Of a stretch of DNA of 64,000 bases, positions 8,874 to 17,922 are shown piece by piece. A model generated the notes under the pieces. That model was given only the letters and a program-made list of their open reading frames with translations. It was not told the DNA's origin and made no database searches. The stretch comes from an uncultured archaeon (GTDB lineage Archaea > Asgardarchaeota > Thorarchaeia > Thorarchaeales > Thorarchaeaceae). Within the stretch, counting starts at the first letter, position 1. The number at the start of each line of letters is the position of its first letter. The stretch lies in the NCBI GenBank assembly GCA_964473825.1, contig CAYYQL010000002.1, forward strand, positions 205,288 to 269,287, written 5' to 3'. A program made the position numbers and the translations under genes.

Positions 8874-9902
8874 CTAACTTCTTCCGATTATGGTCTTCAT
8901 CATTCCATAATGGTCTCTAATACTGTATTCAGCGACTTCAGTCGCTCTAGATGCCAACTTCTGCGTTAACACTGAACGTTTGCCAAAATCACTGGCTACT
9001 AAACGGTCTCCTGCGTATGCAGCTGAAACTGTGAAAATGAATGGATTACGTCCTCCTCGTGCTGTGGCCGGAATTCTATCAATTACTTCTAACATCTTAA
9101 GTCGGAGTCTGCTTTCATAATCTCTCAAATCCCATCCTCTTGCTTCTATCTTTTTCACAATCTTGGTGTTATTCATCAACATGGAGATGACCCGCGGAAC
9201 ATAGTCTTCCGGTTGGCGAATTTTGGGTGCATACCCTGTCACCGACCGAAGCCTAAGTGCTTCTCTGACCATTGCCCGTACACTGACTCTATGACCACAC
9301 TTGTCAAAAACATCGGCAATTTCATCCAACGTAATTGGTGCCTCCTCTTTGAACTCTCGAACTGCCATCAGAAGACAGACTGCTATCAGAAGGATATTAT
9401 TGGTTACTTCCACTTCTTCTTCTGTTAGGACTTTTTTGTAGAGATAGGCAGTACGATCTCGAACTTGCTCACTTAGCATAAGAAGTTTGGATGCCCGATT
9501 CAATGTTCTTAATGCTCGATATTTTGCCTCATCTTTGCCAATCCTGATTCTGGTACTATAGACTGTTTTCAGTCGCTTGAACTTTCTCTGATTTCGACCC
9601 GACAATGGATGGCCGGCAACATCACGAAAGTATCTATCTCTATGAAAGCCAATGTAGCTCCCTAAACCATCTACAATATGCATCCTGTTCCCTAAGGAAA
9701 CATACATTGTAGCATCTGGTGTTTCTGCTCCACTTTCCTCTCCCATTTGGTAAGTTGGATACACATATTCTCGAGAAATCACCAATCCACAACTCGTACA
9801 AACAACATGCCCACGATTTACCAGTAGAGGTCCATTACAGTCAGGACACGAATTCATCGTATTTCTGTGTTCATTGTTTGATCTATTCGCCAAAGACCAC
9901 AC
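8874..9902 (-). CDS. tfb: Transcription initiation factor IIB (TFB) family protein, divergent (start may be ATG 9857)
   Basis: Zn ribbon CPDC..VCTSCGLV; two cyclin-like repeats (PEDYVPRV, GRNP, TQKLASRATEVAEYSIR). Confidence 0.8.
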   Translation of the reverse strand: MWSLANRSNNEHRNTMNSCPDCNGPLLVNRGHVVCTSCGLVISREYVYPTYQMGEESGAETPDATMYVSLGNRMHIVDGLGSYIGFHRDRYFRDVAGHPLSGRNQRKFKRLKTVYSTRIRIGKDEAKYRALRTLNRASKLLMLSEQVRDRTAYLYKKVLTEEEVEVTNNILLIAVCLLMAVREFKEEAPITLDEIADVFDKCGHRVSVRAMVREALRLRSVTGYAPKIRQPEDYVPRVISMLMNNTKIVKKIEARGWDLRDYESRLRLKMLEVIDRIPATARGGRNPFIFTVSAAYAGDRLVASDFGKRSVLTQKLASRATEVAEYSIRDHYGMMKTIIGRS

Positions 9903-10080
9903 CCAGTGTTCCTAGTAGCCCTATTACCTAACATTCTTTCAGAAGGCGAGTTTCCTACTATCAGGCTGAACTGTCTACTGGATAGGACTAGCTAGTTGAT
10001 TGAAGGGGCATGATAATACCACCCTGAATGAGGGTTAACCGAAAGTAATGTGTGTTTCTTCCACCTGACTGACGAATCTG

Positions 10081-10446
10081 CTAGAAGATTGCTATGTAAA
10101 TCCGATTCCCAGTGAAGATTCGTTTCTTTGCTGCAGTGACCTTTTCCATTTCTAGTACTAATCTGAGTCCACCAAAAGTTCCTACAGCCTGTATCCCTTC
10201 TTCTAGTCTTGCCTTAAACACATTACCTTCAGCATAGAATTTCGCTTCATCTCCATTGGAGATTGGGCTATCATCAATAACAATATCAAGATTCTCTTTT
10301 GCATCAAACTGATTTGCCAAGGCTTCTGGGACTTCTAAGGTCATCTCTAATCCCTCACTCTTCTCGGTAATACTTAGCATCATCAGGCCTTTGGTCTCGG
10401 TTTCTTCAATCGAGTCCAATTTGCTCCCTTTAATTCGAATAGCCAT
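10081..10446 (-). CDS. rpoG: RNA polymerase subunit RpoG/Rpo8 (Rpb8 homologue)
   Basis: OB-fold-like; C-terminal KFYAEGNVFK...GTFGGLRLVL matches the Rpb8 YxMxGxVYK...SFGGLL signature. Confidence 0.75.
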   Translation of the reverse strand: MAIRIKGSKLDSIEETETKGLMMLSITEKSEGLEMTLEVPEALANQFDAKENLDIVIDDSPISNGDEAKFYAEGNVFKARLEEGIQAVGTFGGLRLVLEMEKVTAAKKRIFTGNRIYIAIF

Positions 10447-10566
10447 GGGTCTTTCAATTCTCCTCTAAGAGGTCTATCATTCTCGACTTGGAAGGATGAA
10501 TTAAACCTGTCGTTGTCCTGGTGTGACTTTTTTAGGCATAGGTTTCACAGATTCTTGGTGAACTAG

Positions 10567-13182
10567 GTGAATCATCACACCAAAGCAAGCACGATAATCC
10601 CTGTGGCCCTCATTCTATGTCTAATCGTGCCCGTCGACGCCTACTACTTCCAGTTCCAGTATTTTGAAACCGACCGAGCCGTCTATGAGGTCGGACAAAC
10701 AATCAACATGGTTGCAAAACTCATAGCAGAATTCAGTGACGAAGGATGGTGTTTTGTTTCATTTGGAGTCGTAACAGACGTAGGCCCAATTTTTCAAGAT
10801 GGGTACTACATTGAGTCTTCGTTAGACCCACAGTTCACAACAAGCTATTACACTATCCTCCCCAACGAAACGTACCCTGGTCTAAGCGGTACTATAGCCC
10901 ACGTGATTTTCAATGCAGAGATCTACGATGGATACTCTCAGAGCATTACCGAAACAATAGAAGTAAACATAACACGCGGCCATCTCTCTGTCCTCCCTCT
11001 AAGCGAACTGGAACTCCCACATGGAATAGACTCAAACATCTCGCTGAAGATAGCAAGTACTCACAATGAGGACGTGGTTCTCCAAGAGCAAGTTCTCTCC
11101 TACCAAGTCAATGGCATAGACTCTTCATATACGGTCGAGGGTAATGAGAGCATCAATTCTCAAGGAATCGCTACTATACCTTTGAATTCTTCCAGCATCA
11201 ATCCCGGGCACTATGATCTGACTGTAAGCACAGAGGGAACAGACTCGTTTCTTCCTCTGGTGGACACACTTCCTATATACATCACCCCTCCCAACTCATC
11301 TTTATTGGTAAGGTCTAGTCCTGATGAAATTCATTGCCCAGACCATGAAGGAGTCGACATAGGAAGTGTTAACCTCCTTGTCGATCACCTCGGAGAAGAT
11401 GGCGAAAGAATCAAGAACAGCACCATATCGTGGGAAACGGTCTTTTCACAGTCTAACTTCACGAATCACTTCAATGGAACTTATAGTGCTTCAGTGCAGT
11501 TTCCAGTTTCTCCCGGAAACTACACCATTCTCATCATTGCCAAGAATGAAATATATGCTTCAGTCAACATAACCAAGACAATATTGGTAACCAAACGTAC
11601 GCCAGCAATTACTGTATCCTTTCCCAGTGGCTTGATAGCAGGCAACGAAACTTCATTACAACTGACTCTTACGGATTCACTCTTAGAAAGCCCTATACCA
11701 AGTCTTGAATTCAATGTCACCATTTCCCTTAGTGACCAAGTCCTTTACAACAATGCTACCTCAGTTAATACAGATGGTTCCTTCAAAGCAGAATTCGAGA
11801 TCTCTTCCGATTTATGGGGTTTGGCAGACATTCGCGTTGAAACTTACGAAAATGAGAATTATACTGGTATGATTCTAATAGATACTCAAAGTGTCGAATT
11901 CGTACCAGAAGTTTGCTGGGTTCAAAACACGCCTTCTAACATTGGTCAGAACACAAGCATGTCAGTTACACTACTCAAGCCCGATGGCCAGAGTCTAGTA
12001 GGAATCACTGTTTCGCTATTTGATTCCTATGCGCAATTGATAGGCTCTACGCACACCGATGCAAATGGCACCGGTGAGTTTGTCTGGACCGTTCCAAGTG
12101 ATCTTCCTTCTGGTTCTTATGAATACACAATTGTTACCACAGAAATGCCTTCTCAATTCGCTTTGGCAACCTTTCTGGCATTTCAGCTGTCACATTATGA
12201 TCTATTGTCGGTGAGCCTTCAAGGAGAGGACTTTGACTGTCTGCGAGGAGAAAACTTCACACTGAATTTCCGGGTTGACTCCAATTGGAACGAAACTCAA
12301 AACCTACTATTGCAGCTTTCGTTTTCCACACTAATAACAATCAATCAGACTATCAAATCTGATACAGTATACTCTATTCAGATTCCGGTTCCAGCCGACT
12401 CTTCCCTTGGAACGCATTCACTTACTATTGGCACACTAAATAATACATGCGTCCTCTCAGGGTCAGTCTTAGTTGACATCAACATCTTGGGGCGCATCAT
12501 AGTGGCCATTGAATCGGCTGAGGCCTTTTACGCCGAGAATCTTTCCATGACTCTCTCACTAATGGACGAATTCGGTCTTTCGGTTGACGAGTTCTCCATC
12601 ACTGTATTCCTAGACGGGCGGTTCGTAGATGTGATTCACAGATCGAATCAAACAATAGAAGCCATTGCAATATCTAATGCATTTTCCCCGGGAATTCACA
12701 ATCTGACCGTAACGATAAATGGAACATACTACAAATCAGCTGAGGATGAGGCTTTTCTGACAATCTGGATGAGAACGTCACTTTCTCTAGCCCTCAACCG
12801 AAACCAATTCAACTTCTCCTGCAGTCAGGGCGATGAAATGACCTCAATCATTTCTTCTGGTTCTATCATCAGCCCCCCGCCAATCTTGTTTAATGGGACC
12901 ACTTCTACACAATCTCCAACCACTCGTTCTATCTCCCGGGATAATTGCCCCAAACTGAGTTCTGGAACCAATAATCGCTCAACTGATTCAGAGAAGGCTT
13001 TTACTTCTCTATCGGGGAACGGCCAGACGGTTCTAAGCCTCAGCGACTTCATTGACAGCATGGATGAGGCCGTAAACATGACTTCTTCGACTGTTCGAGA
13101 GGTGCAACCATACGATACAATTCCCCATTCTGCCTTTTCAGGTCCTTTGATGATTGTATCAGTAAGAAGGCTTCGCCTCTGA
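10567..13182 (+). CDS. Large secreted Ig-like repeat glycoprotein; the last ~119 codons overlap the oxidoreductase gene in antisense
   Basis: Signal peptide; ETDRAVYEVGQTI (MG2-like start); beta-sandwich repeats; many NxS/T sequons. Confidence 0.65.
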   Translation: MNHHTKASTIIPVALILCLIVPVDAYYFQFQYFETDRAVYEVGQTINMVAKLIAEFSDEGWCFVSFGVVTDVGPIFQDGYYIESSLDPQFTTSYYTILPNETYPGLSGTIAHVIFNAEIYDGYSQSITETIEVNITRGHLSVLPLSELELPHGIDSNISLKIASTHNEDVVLQEQVLSYQVNGIDSSYTVEGNESINSQGIATIPLNSSSINPGHYDLTVSTEGTDSFLPLVDTLPIYITPPNSSLLVRSSPDEIHCPDHEGVDIGSVNLLVDHLGEDGERIKNSTISWETVFSQSNFTNHFNGTYSASVQFPVSPGNYTILIIAKNEIYASVNITKTILVTKRTPAITVSFPSGLIAGNETSLQLTLTDSLLESPIPSLEFNVTISLSDQVLYNNATSVNTDGSFKAEFEISSDLWGLADIRVETYENENYTGMILIDTQSVEFVPEVCWVQNTPSNIGQNTSMSVTLLKPDGQSLVGITVSLFDSYAQLIGSTHTDANGTGEFVWTVPSDLPSGSYEYTIVTTEMPSQFALATFLAFQLSHYDLLSVSLQGEDFDCLRGENFTLNFRVDSNWNETQNLLLQLSFSTLITINQTIKSDTVYSIQIPVPADSSLGTHSLTIGTLNNTCVLSGSVLVDINILGRIIVAIESAEAFYAENLSMTLSLMDEFGLSVDEFSITVFLDGRFVDVIHRSNQTIEAIAISNAFSPGIHNLTVTINGTYYKSAEDEAFLTIWMRTSLSLALNRNQFNFSCSQGDEMTSIISSGSIISPPPILFNGTTSTQSPTTRSISRDNCPKLSSGTNNRSTDSEKAFTSLSGNGQTVLSLSDFIDSMDEAVNMTSSTVREVQPYDTIPHSAFSGPLMIVSVRRLRL

Positions 13183-13958
13183 AGGATTTTATCGCGAAGT
13201 CTTTCAACTAATCTACGATGGACCTCGGAATCCGAAGTCTTTCTGTAGCCTCTCTCATCGTGCGTGGAACCTGTTACCAAGAGATTATGCCCATCACCAA
13301 AACGCGGCATTATCGCATGTCCGTTGCCATCAATCTCTCCATACGGCTTCTTGCCCTTTCTGGCGAATCTTCTCTTTATAGAATAGTCTGTGCCCGAGTC
13401 TATGACTACTCTCTCACGGGAGTGACCTACTACTTCATCAGAAAGCAGTATGACCGGATGCCGAAAACACTCTGACAAAACAAAGGCCCTTCTAGTGAGT
13501 TCGAACGCTTCTTGTGCCGAATTAGGCGACAGTACTATGCTCTCATGATCTCCGTGAGTTCCCCATCTCGACTGCAGAAAATCTCCCTGTGCACATTTGG
13601 TAGCCTGACCGGTACTCGGACCCACTCTCTGCACATCAACTACCACACAGGGTGTTTCGGTCATGACTGCATATCCTATGTTTTCTTGCATAAGGCTAAA
13701 ACCAGGCCCCGACGTGGCAGTCATGGCGAGATGTCCGCCCCACGAAGCGCCCACTACAGCTGATATCGCTCCGATTTCATCTTCCATCTGAAGATATCTC
13801 CCATTCATCTCCGGCAGTTTCTCTGCCATGATTTCGGCTATCTCAGATGCAGGGGTAATTGGATATCCTGCAAAGAACCTACACCCGGCCGCCAGTGCAC
13901 CTTCTGCGCATGCCTGATTCCCTTGCCAGAAATGGACATGCGTTGTTCTATTAGACAA
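12825..13958 (-). CDS. korA: 2-oxoacid:ferredoxin oxidoreductase alpha subunit (KorA-like)
   Basis: GNQACAEGA, FFAGYPITPASE, QMEDEI, TATSGPGFSL, QRVGPSTG. Confidence 0.92.
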   Translation of the reverse strand: MSNRTTHVHFWQGNQACAEGALAAGCRFFAGYPITPASEIAEIMAEKLPEMNGRYLQMEDEIGAISAVVGASWGGHLAMTATSGPGFSLMQENIGYAVMTETPCVVVDVQRVGPSTGQATKCAQGDFLQSRWGTHGDHESIVLSPNSAQEAFELTRRAFVLSECFRHPVILLSDEVVGHSRERVVIDSGTDYSIKRRFARKGKKPYGEIDGNGHAIMPRFGDGHNLLVTGSTHDERGYRKTSDSEVHRRLVERLRDKILQRRSLLTDTIIKGPEKAEWGIVSYGCTSRTVEEVMFTASSMLSMKSLRLRTVWPFPDREVKAFSESVERLLVPELSLGQLSREIERVVGDCVEVVPLNKIGGGLMIEPEEMIEVISSP

Positions 13959-14067
13959 TCTTAAGACACTCAGTACTCTCGCCAGCTTGCCGAATAAAAT
14001 AAGCCTTCAGTTTGGGCAACAGCTTCTCCGATAGTCTTTTATCGAAATCACCTGATTTTCCCTTCAG

Positions 14068-14165
14068 GCGGCCGTGGTCTAGTTTGGTTAGGACGGAAGC
14101 TTCCCAAGCTTCCAACCCGTGACGGTCGTATGACCGCGGGACTTCAAATCCCGGCGGCCGCACCA
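14068..14165 (+). tRNA. tRNA-Gly(CCC) with a 21-nt BHB intron at 53/54 (14122..14142); CCA encoded
   Basis: Acceptor GCGGCCG/CGGCCGC; anticodon arm GAAGC-TTCCCAA-GCTTC; central helix CCCG/CGGG, bulges TGA and ACT, intron stem CGGTC/GACCG. Confidence 0.88.
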
Positions 14166-14209
14166 TATCTTTGGTCATGTTTAAGAACCCATTTCCAGAA
14201 TAGGCCATT

Positions 14210-14283
14210 TGGCGAGTGATGAGTACAATGACCCCGATGAGTCAAGAAGACGATGATTTAGATCTTGAGTGACGAGCTCGCCA
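14210..14283 (+). ncRNA. Candidate box C/D-like sRNA
   Basis: Terminal stem TGGCGAG/CTCGCCA; box C GTGATGA; D'-like CCGA after an 11-nt guide; C'-like ATGAT; TTTAAG TATA-like element ~28 nt upstream; canonical CTGA box D absent. Confidence 0.4.
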
Positions 14284-14380
14284 CCATTACTTTCGCTTAC
14301 CTGTGCTCCTGGTGTACGATTAAGTGAACAGAGCGCAGAACGCTTTTAAGCATCTGCGTGACCTTCCATACTGGTCTGCA

Positions 14381-15580
14381 ATGTCACATGACTTCGTTGA
14401 AGACGAGCTGAGTCGACATAGTGTTTTCAAATCTGAACATTTCTTGTCAATCGATTATGTGCCAGAAGGCCTTCCTCATCGCGAAAAGGAGCTCCGAATG
14501 CTCGCTCAGACATTCAAGACTCTCATCACTTCGCCTGGCCGAACAAGCATCAGACTCCTGATTGAGGGGCCCGTGGGCACGGGTAAGACAGCAGTGGCCA
14601 AGCGCTTCTCTGAGCAACTTGTACAAGCAGCCGATAGAAGAGACATAAGATTACACAAAGTTCACATCAATTGTCGTGTCAGTAAGAGTGTATATTTGGT
14701 GTACCTACGAATGCTTCGTGAGTTTAAACCTCGATTTCCAAAACGGGGCCACTCACCGCAGGAAATCCTTCAGATGCTTGTCGAGGTACTAGATAGGGAA
14801 GACAGGTATGTCCTCGTCATATTGGACGAACTAGACTATTTCATGAAGCAGCAGGGTGCGGACATTCTCTACGATCTGACTCGGTTAATGGATGACCGCT
14901 TGAACGCTCCTCAACGAATTTCCATTATTGGCGTTGGTCGTCGAATTCCATTAGATAGTGATCTTCTTGATCAGAGTACCCGAAGCACTCTACAACGAAA
15001 TATGCTACGATTTGACAAATACGACTTTTCCGCTCTTCTTGACATTCTAAGAGAACGAGTTTCCATGGCGTTTAAACCAGGTGCAATTATGAATGACACA
15101 CTAGAATTGATATGCAATATTGCATCTGAACGAGGCGATGCCCGATATGCAATCGAACTCCTGTGGCGTGCCGGCAAACAAGCAGACCGCGTTGAATCGG
15201 ATGTGGTCATCCCTGACTATGCTCGCCAAGCAAAGGCCGATACTCACCCAGAACTCAGGAAAGAAGTCCTCACTACACTACCACTTCACAACAAACTGCT
15301 TCTTCTTGCTGCCACTCGAAAACTGAAAGAGAATCGAGGGGCTTATGCAACTATAGGTGAAGTGGAAGAAATGTATGGTTCTATATGCGAGGAGTACGGG
15401 AAAGAACCCCGAGCACACACACAGGTGTGGGAGTGGGTTCAGGACCTGACTGCCCATGGTGTCATAGACACTCAACGTTCGGGTGCGGGTCAAAGGGGGC
15501 AGACCACAATGGTCGGCCTCTCAGATGTTCCAGCGCAAATGCTAGAACGCTTTCTAATTGAATTACTCGATAAGCGATAG
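14381..15580 (+). CDS. cdc6: Orc1/Cdc6 replication initiator (start taken at ATG 14381)
   Basis: DYVPEGLPHRE; GPVGTGKT; HINC; VILDELD; GDARYAIELL; C-terminal winged helix. Confidence 0.93.
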   Translation: MSHDFVEDELSRHSVFKSEHFLSIDYVPEGLPHREKELRMLAQTFKTLITSPGRTSIRLLIEGPVGTGKTAVAKRFSEQLVQAADRRDIRLHKVHINCRVSKSVYLVYLRMLREFKPRFPKRGHSPQEILQMLVEVLDREDRYVLVILDELDYFMKQQGADILYDLTRLMDDRLNAPQRISIIGVGRRIPLDSDLLDQSTRSTLQRNMLRFDKYDFSALLDILRERVSMAFKPGAIMNDTLELICNIASERGDARYAIELLWRAGKQADRVESDVVIPDYARQAKADTHPELRKEVLTTLPLHNKLLLLAATRKLKENRGAYATIGEVEEMYGSICEEYGKEPRAHTQVWEWVQDLTAHGVIDTQRSGAGQRGQTTMVGLSDVPAQMLERFLIELLDKR

Positions 15581-15881
15581 GTTGCGATACTTGATGACTG
15601 ATGAAACCACCACTTACATCCCCATTGAGGAGATTTTTTCGTCGAAAGGACGAATCAAGATACTGAAAGAATTGGCCCTTTCCCGCGAACTCAATATATC
15701 AGAACTATGCCGAAGAGTCAGCCTCAACCATACCACAACCAAGAAGCATCTCAATGCCCTCATGGATTCAGGACTCGTCGAAGAAAAGACATTCGGGCGG
15801 ATTAAGATCTATAGATATAGAATCGAAGATTTGCGTGCTAGGTCTCTCAAGAACATGCTTGACCTTTGGCGTTCGACCTGA
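15558..15881 (+). CDS. Winged-helix (ArsR-like) DNA-binding protein next to cdc6 (true start likely ~15594)
   Basis: IFSSKGRIKILKEL..ELNISELCRRVSLNHTTTKKHL..L..SGLVEE. Confidence 0.8.
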   Translation: MNYSISDRLRYLMTDETTTYIPIEEIFSSKGRIKILKELALSRELNISELCRRVSLNHTTTKKHLNALMDSGLVEEKTFGRIKIYRYRIEDLRARSLKNMLDLWRST

Positions 15882-15899
15882 GGGGGTTGTCAGTATACC

Positions 15900-16730
15900 G
15901 TGCCAATCTATGCAGTTCGATTGTTCTATCTTGGAACCCATTATCACGGATCTCAATATCAGCCTGGGCTTGACACGGTTCAAGGTCGATTGATAGAGGC
16001 CGTGGCCCAGTGGGAAGGGTTACCACATGATACCAAGACTGTTAGATTCTCAGGAAGAACCGATAGGGGCGTCCATAGTTTGGGGCAGCTGGTCACAATC
16101 GAAACAAATACTCCCTTGAATCTAAATGAAGTGAACAGACACCTACCTCAAGACATCGTCCTTTGGGCTCATACGCAGGTCGATGACTTGTTTAATCCTC
16201 GTCACAATGCACTTCTACGCCACTACCGATACTACCTACCGGCAGAAGACGCATCGCTATCATTATCCTTGATGAAAAAAGCTGCGCAGGAACTTGTCGG
16301 CACAAATAACTATATCCAACTCTCAAAGCCTAACGGTGATAGGACAACCTATGCAACACTTCTTGATATATCAATTTCCAGAAAAAGAAATGTGGTCTGT
16401 TTCGATGTATATGGAACCAACTTCCTTTGGAAACAAGTCCGCAAGATGGTTACACTGCTGTCTAACATTGGAAACGGACAGATTGAACCTGAGTTATCCC
16501 GAGAACTGGTAGAATGCACTTGGAAACCACCCGGCGGGATACGTCCAGCTCCAGAGGAGGGTCTAGTGTTAATAGAAGTCATGGTCAACTTCAACATCAA
16601 ACCCAATAGATACGCACTGAATAGGGTCAGAAAGTGCCTGAATCATAGACTAGGTTTCTTTAGCAGAACACTGATAGCACTGAATGGCTTGACTAATGAC
16701 GTCCAATCTTATCGATATCCCTTTTACTAG
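15900..16730 (+). CDS. truA: tRNA pseudouridine(38-40) synthase
   Basis: YLGTHYHGSQYQP; SGRTDRGVHS; FLWKQVRKMV. Confidence 0.92.
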   Translation: MPIYAVRLFYLGTHYHGSQYQPGLDTVQGRLIEAVAQWEGLPHDTKTVRFSGRTDRGVHSLGQLVTIETNTPLNLNEVNRHLPQDIVLWAHTQVDDLFNPRHNALLRHYRYYLPAEDASLSLSLMKKAAQELVGTNNYIQLSKPNGDRTTYATLLDISISRKRNVVCFDVYGTNFLWKQVRKMVTLLSNIGNGQIEPELSRELVECTWKPPGGIRPAPEEGLVLIEVMVNFNIKPNRYALNRVRKCLNHRLGFFSRTLIALNGLTNDVQSYRYPFY

Positions 16731-17922
16731 CTTTCAACCAGTCCGCAAACTCAGACTTCATGGCAGGCTCTCTTTGAACTATTGTCCCAATGACCTCTTG
16801 GTGTGTCTTAGCAACGCGTTGTTGTGAGATCCCAGATACTTGTGACAGCTTGGCCATTGTCTTCGCTCTCTTATCTGTGGTTCTCCTTCCTCGCCAGACA
16901 AGAAGCGGCCAAGTTGGCCTGTCATAATGAACGGAACGAAATGCTGTCCGGGTGCGACTCGTGCTCGTACCTACAGAGAGAAAGTCGTAGACATATGACA
17001 GAAGCTTCCAATTCTGTTGCTTCATTATTCTACCCAAGTTCAAATCGGCAATTGAGAGAGCATCCATCCCAGAAGAGAGTTCCTTCATTGTCTTCAAATG
17101 ATGATGCATATTCTCATCAAGCCATAGTAGAATCTCGTCATGATTCGAATCTGTTTCTGATATTACTCTTCTTGCGACCGAGGGATCTGTAGTAGCAAAG
17201 AGCTTCCTGATTGCAGTATCAATCCTTCGGCGTTCATTACGGGCAGCAAGTCCCATCTTCTTCCCCGTGACGCCGCCTCTGATTGCCTTCTCCAGATCCG
17301 AGATTGCTGCCCTCATATCGCCCCCTGATTGTTCGACTATCGTCATCAAATCTTCTAGTTCGACGCGATGGCCAGAGTCATTCAAGATTCCTCTTAGCAC
17401 ATCAACCATGTTCTCTGATGCAATAGCACGAAACTCCAAGACTACAGACCGTTTCTTGATGTCTTTCAGTCTTGGACTATCGGGGTCATTCGCCGTCATC
17501 ACGATCGGATGGACTGTCTTCTCTACAACTTGTAAGATAGCTCGTACTCCACCTCTGTCGCTAGTCCCAGAGAGCCCATCAACCTCATCAAGTAGGATGA
17601 TTCTCATTCTCCCATCTATTGTCTGTTGAGTGGCTGCCCTCCAGACCTGTCTTTCTATCGCACCCTTATTGCGCTTGTCACTAGCATTGAACTCCACTAG
17701 TTCGGCGTCTAAGTCATTGACCAACGCACCCACAGATGCAGTCTTTCCCACACCAGGGGGGCCAATAAGAAGAACCGCCCTACTATCAGGCGCTCCATCT
17801 TTCCAAGACTCTAACCATAGCTTCAATTTGTTTACAGAAACGGTGTTCCCAACTACCTGTGAGATAGAAGTTGGTCTGTATTTCTCCGGCCAAGGAAGTG
17901 ACTCGTGAGAACGCAAATTCAA
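16693..17922 (-). CDS. rfcL: Replication factor C large subunit
   Basis: WPEKYRP; GPPGVGKT; EFNASDKR; ILLDEVD; GDMRAAI. Confidence 0.92.
   Translation of the reverse strand: MNLRSHESLPWPEKYRPTSISQVVGNTVSVNKLKLWLESWKDGAPDSRAVLLIGPPGVGKTASVGALVNDLDAELVEFNASDKRNKGAIERQVWRAATQQTIDGRMRIILLDEVDGLSGTSDRGGVRAILQVVEKTVHPIVMTANDPDSPRLKDIKKRSVVLEFRAIASENMVDVLRGILNDSGHRVELEDLMTIVEQSGGDMRAAISDLEKAIRGGVTGKKMGLAARNERRRIDTAIRKLFATTDPSVARRVISETDSNHDEILLWLDENMHHHLKTMKELSSGMDALSIADLNLGRIMKQQNWKLLSYVYDFLSVGTSTSRTRTAFRSVHYDRPTWPLLVWRGRRTTDKRAKTMAKLSQVSGISQQRVAKTHQEVIGTIVQREPAMKSEFADWLKASKRDIDKIGRH

Noticed and set aside
550-13182. Secretion/pilus cluster as an integrated element at tRNA-Glu
   Set aside because: No integrase, no duplicate of the tRNA 3' end seen, cluster genes lie on both sides of the tRNA, and core genes (tfb, rpoG) are interspersed
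13951-14208. 85-aa minus-strand ORF
   Set aside because: Antisense to tRNA-Gly; spurious
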